The translations under genes were made by a program, and so were the position numbers. From a virus (taxonomy: Duplodnaviria; Caudoviricetes): DNA of 64,000 bases. Each line of letters starts with the position of its first letter. Position 1 is the first letter of the stretch. The notes under the pieces were generated by a model. The model ran no database searches. It saw only the letters and a list, made by a program, of their open reading frames with translations, and had not been told where the DNA came from. Below are positions 50,513-59,800 of the stretch, piece after piece. The stretch lies in IMG/VR virus record IMGVR_UViG_3300032007_001727; one strand, 5' to 3'.

Positions 50513-51864
50513 CAATATTTTGCAAACGTTCCTTCTTTTGAAGGTCTATTAACTTGTTGTCCCCTGCCTAGATTATATTTGGCTTTCATTTTCCCAAATG
50601 TTATTGGTATAATGTATTCAATTCCTAGGTTTTTTGCTTGCAAGCAAATATCAGAGAGTGTTGCTCCACCACTGATATTATCGTCAAAAATAACAAATAC
50701 CGTTCCTTTAATTTTTTCCATTTCTTGCTCAACAATTTCAGCATTGTCTGAAAACATATTCTTGAGACCCATTCTAGTATCATTACTAAGACTCTTGATT
50801 TGGAAATCCTCGACTTGAATTGCGTGAATAGGTATTTTAGTAACCCCGCTTCCACGGAAGTACGGCTTGACAATCCTCCAAATGTCTTCAGTTTTTCTAG
50901 CCTCAACTTGTGATTTGCTTCCCTTTAGCGTATTATATACTTTTGTCTTATGTATTCCTTTCAGACAATTATTCAAGTCCGTGAGTCTGTCATAGAGGTT
51001 TTTGTAAAACCTAGCCAATGCCTCACCAAATTTATCACCATAGTTCATCCTATTTACAGTATAGCATCTGTTTAACTGTGTGAAAGCCTTGTTATAGGCA
51101 TCAATATATGGTTTTGCGCTCTCTATCTTTGAGAAACGGTCAACAGTGTTGTCAACATATTTTTCGTGTGATATGTTATCGTCACTGTTGTAAAACATCT
51201 TGCCAGAATAATATTCTTTGTTTTTGTCAATAAAGTCTTTGTCTTTCTGAAGGTTTGTCATGTCTTTCTTGAACATGTCCTTATTGATGGCAATCACCTT
51301 CAACCCATTTACAGTTGTGTATTTTGCCATCTGCTTTGCAACCATGTCGTTAAAGTTACTGCTGCTAGGTACCGGCATTATTGACACACCGTTGAACTTT
51401 ACATCACCGAAATTACTCATTACATCAATGATGACTTTGTTTACCTTTGCATAGAATTGGTTGAAAAACTCTCTATATTCATCATCTTCCATGAAGAGTT
51501 CATAAGTTTCTTTCTTACCGTCACCGTCAAGGTCCAAGTCCATCTTTGCAAACTTGTTCTTGAAATAATGCATAATTTCAGTACCCCGGATACTTGTTAT
51601 ATTGTAGGATGTAATACCCCCTTTTAGTGGAACCTCGTAAGTATCAGAGTTATTTTGGTCCATTTTACTTGTATTGACTAATTCTTGCGCATTCAAAGAA
51701 CCTATGTTTCTAATGGTATCCGTTGATTTCCTTTTGTTATACGAAAGTTTAACCTTGTTCTTTCCTCTTTTTTCACTAGCAAACACATCTTCCTTGAGAC
51801 TCGTAATCTGTGATTCTTTCAAGTAAACCTTTTTGTTGTTGCCATTGTTAATATATAGTATCAT
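50512..51864 (-). CDS. type I phosphoribosyltransferase-domain protein with YLKESQ leader
   Basis: IMPVPSSS; PRPP-binding loop FVIFDDNISGGATL. Confidence 0.7.
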   Translation of the reverse strand: MILYINNGNNKKVYLKESQITSLKEDVFASEKRGKNKVKLSYNKRKSTDTIRNIGSLNAQELVNTSKMDQNNSDTYEVPLKGGITSYNITSIRGTEIMHYFKNKFAKMDLDLDGDGKKETYELFMEDDEYREFFNQFYAKVNKVIIDVMSNFGDVKFNGVSIMPVPSSSNFNDMVAKQMAKYTTVNGLKVIAINKDMFKKDMTNLQKDKDFIDKNKEYYSGKMFYNSDDNISHEKYVDNTVDRFSKIESAKPYIDAYNKAFTQLNRCYTVNRMNYGDKFGEALARFYKNLYDRLTDLNNCLKGIHKTKVYNTLKGSKSQVEARKTEDIWRIVKPYFRGSGVTKIPIHAIQVEDFQIKSLSNDTRMGLKNMFSDNAEIVEQEMEKIKGTVFVIFDDNISGGATLSDICLQAKNLGIEYIIPITFGKMKAKYNLGRGQQVNRPSKEGTFAKY

Positions 51865-51873
51865 TGCCTAAAT

Positions 51874-52251
51874 TTAAAATTTAAGTTCTTTTATGGAATC
51901 CATGATGGCCATCCTTATTTTATTCTCATCCAATTCAAAATCATAGTCCTTATTATCTTTTTCACCGTTGAACATATAATAGTTTTCTTGTGGTGTGTAT
52001 TTTGTCTTTTTAAGTTTCGGTAAACTTTTCCTCATCTTAATATCTTCTTCACATCGTTTCAGTTTTTCAATATTTTGTGTTAAGGCGGTATAAACCGTTT
52101 TCTTGTATCCTCTCACGCCACCGAACGTATGTTTCTTATATCCTAGCCGCTTGGCTACGGTGTTAATCGCTTCCGGGCTAAATTCCAATCCCATGTCGGT
52201 TCTGAATTTAACCACCATATCTTGTGCCGTTAAAATATCATATTTTGCCAT
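51874..52251 (-). CDS. hypothetical protein (possible HTH) with C-terminal LDENKIR motif
   Basis: Late motif upstream. Confidence 0.55.
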   Translation of the reverse strand: MAKYDILTAQDMVVKFRTDMGLEFSPEAINTVAKRLGYKKHTFGGVRGYKKTVYTALTQNIEKLKRCEEDIKMRKSLPKLKKTKYTPQENYYMFNGEKDNKDYDFELDENKIRMAIMDSIKELKF

Positions 52252-52289
52252 AGTATTTATATCTTTTTCAATAAATATTGATAATTTAA

Positions 52290-52321
52290 CTTGTTTTTAA
52301 CATTTTTTTTATATATTTTTG
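52290..52321 (+). promoter_or_regulatory. Bacteroidota sigmaA-type promoter of polB (TTG-N20-TATTTTTG)
   Basis: Near copy of the 22792-22823 element. Confidence 0.6.
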
Positions 52322-52364
52322 CAAAAATAATTAAAATACAACTCAAATTCTTCTATTATAATAT

Positions 52365-54815
52365 ATGAAAAAAATAACGTCAGAGGTAGTGAATACGTTC
52401 TTGAACGGCCATGACCCGATGGAACATATTATATCAATAGAGTGCGGCTACGACGAGGATAAGGTAAATATCATCTATGTTAACGACAACGGTGAGAAGC
52501 GCATCAGACAAGATGACTTCAAACCGTTTATTTGGCTTAAGCACAGTGCCGCAATCAGAATGTTTAACGGTGATAGGGCCAAACTCAGAATGGCCCTAAG
52601 GCACTATGGCATATCTATCAGAAGTCTGATAACCTCCAATGAAGGTGAAGAACCCAATGAAAGACTCTTGAACGGGTACAAATACTTGTTCTACGCCACT
52701 AGGCGAATGAGTTACATGGAATTTCAGAGGTTTTTCTCCGAGGCGGGGGTACCCCTCAGTGAAAGGAACAAGAAGGACGCACCAAAGCAGCAGAACAAGG
52801 AGTTTATGATGGTCACGCCGGTTGAACAGTACATGATTCAGACCGGTCATCGACTTTTCAAGGGATACGACTCATACGACTCGCTTGTCCGTTTCATATT
52901 CGACTTGGAGACCCAAGGACTTAATCCTAGAATCCATAGGATAGAGCAGATTGGTATTCATACGAACAAGGGTTTCGACAAGATAATATCCATAGAGGGA
53001 AACTCAAAGGAAGAGTTGGACAAAGCAGAGTTGGAGGGAATAAAGGAATTTTTAAGAATATTGTCAGAAATAAAACCGGACACGGTTGTCGGCCATAACT
53101 CAGAGAATTTCGACTTTGACTTCCTAATTGTCCGGTGTGAAGAACTTGGCGTGGATTTCTCAGAACTCTCACTGTATTATTTCAGACACCCCATTTATAA
53201 GAAAAAGAAGGAGGCGGTATTGAAATTGGGAGGTGAGGTCGAGTATTATTTCCCCACAATCATATGGGGACACAACGTCTTGGACTCCCTTCATTCTGCA
53301 AGAAGGGCACAAGCCATTGACTCAAACATGAAGTCATCGAACTTGAAATACATTACGAAATATCTGAACCTAAAGAAACCGAACCGTGTATATGTCCCGG
53401 GTGATAAAATCACCTCCACTTGGGCCGTCCGAGGAAAAGAATATGCATTTAACGATGAAGACGGTGATTGGTACAAGGTAACGGACACCAAGCCGTTGAA
53501 GGACGGGTATGAGTTGGTGAGCGGAAGATACATAGTTGAAAGGTACTTGTTGGATGACCTTTGGGAGACCGACAAGGTGGAAGAACGCCTTAACGAGTCA
53601 AACTTTCTTGTCGGCAAGATGCTTCCGACAACATTCTCAAGGGCTTGCACCATGGGAACCGCAGGAATTTGGAAACTCATAATGCTTGCTTGGTGCTATG
53701 AGAACAACTTGGCAATACCGGCATCCGCTCCGAACAGAAGGTTTGTCGGTGGGTTATCCCGTCTATTGAAGACCGGCTACGTTGACCGCATAGTCAAGTT
53801 GGACTACAACTCACTCTATCCTTCCGTAATCTTGACTTGGAATATCTCCACCCCCATTGACGTAATGAACGTCATGCTGTCTTTCTTGGAATATATCTTG
53901 ACACAACGCGAGAAATACAAGGAACTTAAGGCAGAGGCCGGAGAAAAGGCAGACGAACTCAATGACATTCTCTCAAATACCGTAAGCGAGGAAGAGATTA
54001 TAAGACTAAAGGAAGAGATTTCCCATTGGAAAGCAGAAAAAAGCGGCAATGATAAAAAACAATTACCCCTCAAGATACTAGCGAATTCATTTTTCGGAGG
54101 CTACGGTTCTCCTAGTGTTTTCCCGTTCGGGGACATAGTTGCGGCAGAGAAGACAACTTGTGTCAGCAGAATGGCCTTAAGGCTGATGATTTCACACTTC
54201 AAGTCCATAGGGTATGAGCCTATAGTGGGTGACTCATTCACAAGTGACACACCTCTCTTCGTAAAATATGACAGCACGGACGAAATAGACATAAAGCCGA
54301 TTTCGGAACTGTTCGAGAGGACGGAGACAGACGCTCTAGGAAGGGAGTACGACACCTCTAGAAAGGATTATTCCGTACTTTGCAGAAGCGGTTGGGTTCA
54401 CCCCAACTATCTATACCGCCATAAGACAGACAAGCCCTTGTACACGGTTTCAGAGGGTGACATGGAGATAACGGTCACGGAGGACCACAGCCTCTTCAAT
54501 GGCGAAGGTAAGGAGATAAAGCCAAGCGAGGTATGCAATGACACCATACTAGAGTATTACACCAAGGAAATCAAGTGTGCGGGCATAAAGTACGAGTGGA
54601 TGACCGAAGAAAGGGCAAGACTCTTCGGGAAAATGGTCAACGTGGGCGTGGCCGACCGTGTTGGAATGGCACTCCTCAACACCTCAGACATGGCGTGTGT
54701 TGAAGCCTTCTTGGACGAAGTAGAGAATCTAGACCGCCCAATCTCAAAGACTTGCCAAGCGGGCATACTGTATCTAAAAAACAAGGTAAAACATGGGAAA
54801 AAAGATAACGTTTAA
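52365..54815 (+). CDS. polB: DNA polymerase B N-terminal fragment (aa 1-623) fused to split intein N-half
   Basis: Exo FDLETQG, GHNSENFD, YLLDD; motif A LDYNSLYPS; motif B KILANSFFG; motif C breaks at IVGD|SFTSDTP. Confidence 0.92.
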   Translation: MKKITSEVVNTFLNGHDPMEHIISIECGYDEDKVNIIYVNDNGEKRIRQDDFKPFIWLKHSAAIRMFNGDRAKLRMALRHYGISIRSLITSNEGEEPNERLLNGYKYLFYATRRMSYMEFQRFFSEAGVPLSERNKKDAPKQQNKEFMMVTPVEQYMIQTGHRLFKGYDSYDSLVRFIFDLETQGLNPRIHRIEQIGIHTNKGFDKIISIEGNSKEELDKAELEGIKEFLRILSEIKPDTVVGHNSENFDFDFLIVRCEELGVDFSELSLYYFRHPIYKKKKEAVLKLGGEVEYYFPTIIWGHNVLDSLHSARRAQAIDSNMKSSNLKYITKYLNLKKPNRVYVPGDKITSTWAVRGKEYAFNDEDGDWYKVTDTKPLKDGYELVSGRYIVERYLLDDLWETDKVEERLNESNFLVGKMLPTTFSRACTMGTAGIWKLIMLAWCYENNLAIPASAPNRRFVGGLSRLLKTGYVDRIVKLDYNSLYPSVILTWNISTPIDVMNVMLSFLEYILTQREKYKELKAEAGEKADELNDILSNTVSEEEIIRLKEEISHWKAEKSGNDKKQLPLKILANSFFGGYGSPSVFPFGDIVAAEKTTCVSRMALRLMISHFKSIGYEPIVGDSFTSDTPLFVKYDSTDEIDIKPISELFERTETDALGREYDTSRKDYSVLCRSGWVHPNYLYRHKTDKPLYTVSEGDMEITVTEDHSLFNGEGKEIKPSEVCNDTILEYYTKEIKCAGIKYEWMTEERARLFGKMVNVGVADRVGMALLNTSDMACVEAFLDEVENLDRPISKTCQAGILYLKNKVKHGKKDNV
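54234..54815 (+). other. split intein N-half (~193 aa, Ser1)
   Basis: Block A SFTSDTPLFVK; block B TVTEDHSLF; tail resembles a decayed LAGLIDADG domain. Confidence 0.85.
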
Positions 54816-56424
54816 TGAATTTGTGGATAGGTCAAATGAAATACATAATTCAAAATACGCCTACCATGAAGACTCATATACCAATACACGTAATAAGACT
54901 AGGATAACTTGTCCAATTCACGGTGATTTCTATCAAACACCTAAGAATCATATGAATGGACAAGGTTGTCCTCAATGTGGAAAGGAAGTTGCTAGGATAT
55001 ATCATAAACATAATTATGAACCATTTATTAGGGCTGCAAAAGAAAGGTTTGGTGATGATTTTTCGTTCCCAAACATAGAAAGACAATATGTTAATAATAA
55101 AACTTATATTACGGTTAGATGCAATAAATGTGGATACGAATTCTCTAGACGGCCCAATGACTTGTTAAGTGATAAGTTTAATGAGTGTAAGAATTGCAAA
55201 CACATAGAAAAATTGGAAAATAGGAATAAATTAAAAATAAAGAAAACAAATAAAAGACATTCAGTAGGGAAAGAAGAATATATTAAGCGCTTCAGAGAAA
55301 AGTTCGGGGACAGCATTACTCCGTTTATGGACGAATACAAAAACACCCAAAGCGAAATACATTTCAAGTGCAACCAATGTGGGTACATCTTTAAGAGAAG
55401 ACCGCATAATTGCTTAGATAGTGACGGGTGTCCAAAATGTAAAAGAGTCAATAACCAAAAATATACCAATGACATTTTCATAGAGAAAGCAAGGGAAATT
55501 CATGGTGATAAATATGACTATTCAAAGGTAAATTATGTTAATAGTGATACTAAAGTGTGTGTAATTTGTCACGAAAAGGATAAATTTGGTGATGAACACG
55601 GTGAATTTTATGTTACACCGCATTCACATATTGGTAGTATGAGAAGTGGGTGTCCAAAATGCAGTGGAAAATTCAGAAAAGATACGGAATATTTCATAAA
55701 GGAGGCGAAATTGGTACATGGTGACAAGTATATATACGATGAGACCGAATATGTTTCTGCATTGAAAAATATTAAGGTTATATGTCCAACGCATGGTCCG
55801 TTTTCAATCAAACCGAATGACCATTTAAACGGTAAGGGCTGCAAGAAATGCGGGTATGAGACGGTCAGTGACAAATTAAGTATTAGTTTTGATGAGTTTA
55901 TCGAGCGGGCCACAGTAATACATAATAATAAATATGATTATTCGAAGGTAGACCTTAAAAATAGAGGCGAAAATGGCCGAATTTGCATTATTTGTCCCAT
56001 TCATGGTGAATTTTGGCAGTCATTGGGAGGTCATTTACGTGGTAATGGGTGTCCAAAATGCAAACAATCGCATTTGGAGAATGAAATTATGCGTTTCTTG
56101 GATGAAAAATCCATCAAATATGAGCCGCAGAAGCGATTTAGGTGGCTTGGAGGGCGTAAGAGTGTTGATTTTTTCCTACCGGACTATAATATTGCCATAG
56201 AATGCCAAGGAATTCAGCATTTTGAGGACACTTTCTTCGGTAAGGCTGAAGAAAAGATGAAAAATGACCTTTTAAAGAGAGAAATTTGTGAAAAAAATGG
56301 TATAAAAGTCTTGTACTACAGCAACTTAGGGATTGAGTACCCATACAGCGTCTTTGAAGACAAGGATTTGCTGCTGCAAGAGGTTTTTAAGTCTGATTTG
56401 ATTAAAATTTGTGAAGATGGATAA
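54793..56424 (+). CDS. free-standing homing endonuclease between the polB halves
   Basis: CPIHG.F...P..H..G.GC..C repeats; SVDFFLPDYNIAIECQGIQHF; overlaps both polB genes. Confidence 0.82.
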   Translation: MGKKITFNEFVDRSNEIHNSKYAYHEDSYTNTRNKTRITCPIHGDFYQTPKNHMNGQGCPQCGKEVARIYHKHNYEPFIRAAKERFGDDFSFPNIERQYVNNKTYITVRCNKCGYEFSRRPNDLLSDKFNECKNCKHIEKLENRNKLKIKKTNKRHSVGKEEYIKRFREKFGDSITPFMDEYKNTQSEIHFKCNQCGYIFKRRPHNCLDSDGCPKCKRVNNQKYTNDIFIEKAREIHGDKYDYSKVNYVNSDTKVCVICHEKDKFGDEHGEFYVTPHSHIGSMRSGCPKCSGKFRKDTEYFIKEAKLVHGDKYIYDETEYVSALKNIKVICPTHGPFSIKPNDHLNGKGCKKCGYETVSDKLSISFDEFIERATVIHNNKYDYSKVDLKNRGENGRICIICPIHGEFWQSLGGHLRGNGCPKCKQSHLENEIMRFLDEKSIKYEPQKRFRWLGGRKSVDFFLPDYNIAIECQGIQHFEDTFFGKAEEKMKNDLLKREICEKNGIKVLYYSNLGIEYPYSVFEDKDLLLQEVFKSDLIKICEDG

Positions 56425-57979
56425 GATTACTGCTAGAAATGTTGGGGCAACGGACGATTATGTGTATGACATTAGTCTTGATGGCTCCGTTGTTAATGCC
56501 CTTGGGTTGAACATCGCCTCAAACACTGACGGTTTTAACTTTCAGATGCCAAAGGATGAGGATTTCCGCTACACGGACGAGCATCCGTACGTTAGCACCG
56601 GAGAAGGGCGAAATTCTGTGAAAGGAAAGGCTTACACGAAGGTTGATGCCGACGTTGCCGAGTTCGAGGACTTGTTCCTCAACAAGTCTTATAACGGTGG
56701 CGTGAACAAAATGGGTTTGGGAATAGATGAGTATTGTGACGCTTGCATTCAATTCGCTCGAAAGAACTATGCGGATTTAATGGCGGGCACCGGAAAAACT
56801 AAAAAGGTGGGTAATACGATTAAATCTAGGAAGATGAGTGGTTATCTTGAAAAGTTTATTGATAGTGGCATTGACTTGTTGTTAAGGGGTAACGGGTATG
56901 AGTTCTTGTTGAACTATTATGACTACATTGAGAAGATATATAACTATCAGATTCCGATTAAGGATATTGCCTCAAAGGGAAACATCAAGAAAAGCATCAA
57001 GGATTACATGGATGACTGTAAGACACTTACCAAGGCAGGGTCCAAGAAGGCAAGGCAAGCGTGGTATGAGTTGGTTATAAAGGAAGGTATAAACGTGAAC
57101 GTAAGCGACACCATATATTATATAAATACCGGTACAAGGAAGGGTCACCCCGACGTTAAGCGCGTTACGCACTACTTCTATTTCTTGGACGGGGAGAAGA
57201 AGGAAATCACAAAGGAAGTGGAGAAGTTGTATAAGACTTATTATAAGGAGTGTGGAGAACACGGGGTCGTGGCAAGGAAGAACCGGTTGGACGTTGCTAG
57301 GGAGAATTTCGGCGAAGGTGCGTTTGACGAGGATGAAATCATCTTAATGTGCAAATTGGTGCCCAACGAGATTCTTGACAAGGAGGAAGACGTGCTTTGC
57401 AGCGAGTATGAGGGCCTAGAGTATAACGTTGAGAGATACATTGATATGTTCAACAAGCGCATAACCCCGCTTTTGGTGTGTTTTCATCCGGATATCCGTG
57501 GAAAGATACTCATAACCAACCCAAAGGACAAGTTATTCTTCACTGAGGAAGAGGCTAGGTTGGTATGTGGTTATCCAAATAAGGAGGGCGACCAAGATAC
57601 GTATGAGGCACTGATGACACCGGAAAGAAAAGAGGTTGAATATTGGGTCTCAATAAATGAAGAGCCTCCGTTTGTGAAGGAGTGCGGGATTGATTGGGAT
57701 TCCATCGTTTCAGAGTATCACAAGACGGTTGAGGATGAAAACAACGAATTGTTCAAGAACGAGAATGAGAAATATTTGGAGGCGTTGTCAAAGATAACCG
57801 ATGATGAAATTGAAGAATTCGAGAACGACGGAAAGATACCGCAAGAGATTTCATCGCTTGTGACGCTTGGGTCTGACATGAGGTTCCGGTTCAAGAAAAT
57901 TCCGGAGAAGACACCGTCAACCGGCGGGTTTATCTTCGATGACCTCACGAAGAATCTTGTTGAACAATTTGAAGAATAA
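56417..57979 (+). CDS. polB: split intein C-half (36 aa) fused to DNA polymerase B C-terminal fragment
   Basis: MDKITARNVGATDDYVYDISLDGSVVNALGLNIASN|TDGFNF; RKNYA, KKVG polB motifs. Confidence 0.9.
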   Translation: MDKITARNVGATDDYVYDISLDGSVVNALGLNIASNTDGFNFQMPKDEDFRYTDEHPYVSTGEGRNSVKGKAYTKVDADVAEFEDLFLNKSYNGGVNKMGLGIDEYCDACIQFARKNYADLMAGTGKTKKVGNTIKSRKMSGYLEKFIDSGIDLLLRGNGYEFLLNYYDYIEKIYNYQIPIKDIASKGNIKKSIKDYMDDCKTLTKAGSKKARQAWYELVIKEGINVNVSDTIYYINTGTRKGHPDVKRVTHYFYFLDGEKKEITKEVEKLYKTYYKECGEHGVVARKNRLDVARENFGEGAFDEDEIILMCKLVPNEILDKEEDVLCSEYEGLEYNVERYIDMFNKRITPLLVCFHPDIRGKILITNPKDKLFFTEEEARLVCGYPNKEGDQDTYEALMTPERKEVEYWVSINEEPPFVKECGIDWDSIVSEYHKTVEDENNELFKNENEKYLEALSKITDDEIEEFENDGKIPQEISSLVTLGSDMRFRFKKIPEKTPSTGGFIFDDLTKNLVEQFEE

Positions 57980-58034
57980 GGAAAAAAGAAAGGTGACTAT
58001 TTAAATTGATAGTCACCTTTTTTATTGTTAAGTA

Positions 58035-59588
58035 TTATTGTTCAACCTTTGTCCAATTATACTTACCCAAGTAATAATCACCCGTTCCCATCCAAACATC
58101 ATAGCCGCTGCTACCGGTTGGAACTGTCAGAGTACCACCGGCCTTAATATTATAAAAAGTAAAATTTTGTATTGTTGGTGCAGTTACCGCAAGTGAGGTT
58201 ATTGCCGATAAACTAGAACAACTATTGAAAGCATTCTGACCAATGCTTGTAACACCACTTGGAATGTTTATACTTGATAAACTAGAACACATATAGAAAG
58301 CATAGGTACCCATACTTGTAACACCACTTGGTATTGTTATACTTGATAAACTAGTACAACTTTGGAAAGCGCTATTACCAATGCTTGTAACACTGTCCGG
58401 AATTGTTACGCTTGTTAAACTATGACAACTAGAGAAAGCATTAGCACCAATGGTTGTAATATCATTTGGTATAACAGTTGTCTTACAACCACCAACTAAA
58501 GTGTTTGTGTTTGTTTCAATAATTGCATTGCAATTGTTTCTTGAGTCATAGGTCGTGTTTGCAGCATCAACTGTTATGCTTGTTAAATTATAACAACCAC
58601 TGAGAATACCATTACCAATACTTGTAACACCACTTGGTATTGTTATACTTGATAAACTAGAACAACTATTGAAAGCACTACCACCAATGCTTGTAACACT
58701 GTCCGGAATTGTTACGCTTGTTAAGCCGGAACAACCATTGAAAGCGTTGGTACCAATACTTGTAACACTATCCGGAATTGTTACACTTGTTAAACCGGAA
58801 CATTGATAAAATGCATAATTACCAATACTTGTGATGTTATCTCCAATTATATATTCTTTCACTTGGGTACCAAAATAAGTTTTAATACTTGCAGAATACG
58901 AATAATTCTTTGAAACAATAGAATTACTATTGATTGTAACACTTGTTAAATGATAGCAATCAAAGAAAACATTGTCACCAATGTATGTGACACCACTTCC
59001 AATGGTAAAATCTGTCATACCATCACATGCGCGAAAAGCATATTGGCTAATACCGGTAACGCTGTCCGGAATTGTCATACTTGTTAAAGCCCAACATTGA
59101 TAGAAAGCATAATTACTAACGTTTGTAACACCACTACCAAGCGTACAAGTTTTCATCTGACTACATTCACTAAAAACATAACTACCAATTCTTGTAACAC
59201 TGTCCGGGATTACTAACTCCCTTATAGCGCATCCGAGGAAAGCGTAATCACCAATCCTTGTAACGCCGTCCGGAATTGTTACACTTGTTAAACTAGTACA
59301 GGCGCTGAAAGCCCTATTGCCAATGCTTGTACAAAGTGTACCGATTTCAGCACCGACACAAGTTGATTTGTATGAACTTGTCATTGCACTTGTAAGTTCT
59401 CCACTGCCCTCAATATCAACAACTTCACCGTTCTTAAGTGTTAACTTACAGAAGAATGGGGGGGGGGGAGCAGGGTTATAATACACATCACCCTCAGCAA
59501 CGCAAAGTGATACATTTGGCTTTGGATAGTCCGTGGCAACATACGCTGTATAATCAGCATGTGTTGCAAATTCTTTAACGTACTTCAT
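58035..59588 (-). CDS. BspA-like (LRR_5) protein, in frame through a C11 tract
   Basis: Many 23-aa LTSVTIPDSVTSIG..AF..C repeats; G11 at 59458-59468. Confidence 0.9.
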   Translation of the reverse strand: MKYVKEFATHADYTAYVATDYPKPNVSLCVAEGDVYYNPAPPPPFFCKLTLKNGEVVDIEGSGELTSAMTSSYKSTCVGAEIGTLCTSIGNRAFSACTSLTSVTIPDGVTRIGDYAFLGCAIRELVIPDSVTRIGSYVFSECSQMKTCTLGSGVTNVSNYAFYQCWALTSMTIPDSVTGISQYAFRACDGMTDFTIGSGVTYIGDNVFFDCYHLTSVTINSNSIVSKNYSYSASIKTYFGTQVKEYIIGDNITSIGNYAFYQCSGLTSVTIPDSVTSIGTNAFNGCSGLTSVTIPDSVTSIGGSAFNSCSSLSSITIPSGVTSIGNGILSGCYNLTSITVDAANTTYDSRNNCNAIIETNTNTLVGGCKTTVIPNDITTIGANAFSSCHSLTSVTIPDSVTSIGNSAFQSCTSLSSITIPSGVTSMGTYAFYMCSSLSSINIPSGVTSIGQNAFNSCSSLSAITSLAVTAPTIQNFTFYNIKAGGTLTVPTGSSGYDVWMGTGDYYLGKYNWTKVEQ

Positions 59589-59800
59589 AATTAATTAATA
59601 AAGATTTAAATTAAGTTATTTATTTCTCTTTATAAATACAGTTTACTTGTTTAAAATCTCGCATAAAAAAAAATAAATTTTATTTTTGTGTAGTTTTGCT
59701 CCGTATAAAATATTTATTGGTAATTATGGTGGAAAAATATAAACATATTAGACCATTGCTTCCTAAGAAAATTAAGTAATTACTAATTTAAAATAAAATT

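Noticed and set aside
51859-51870. Third copy of the IS1595 TIR (TATCATTGCC)
   Set aside because: Only about 10-12 nt match, it coincides with a start codon, and there is no TSD or partner end
54793-56424. Group I intron interrupting polB
   Set aside because: The endonuclease ORF overlaps both flanking ORFs, leaving no room for a ribozyme core; the intein motifs explain the break
58200-59330. CRISPR array or DGR template in the 69-bp and 63-bp repeats
   Set aside because: The repeats are in-frame protein repeats without unique spacers; no cas or RT gene; differences are not adenine-specific
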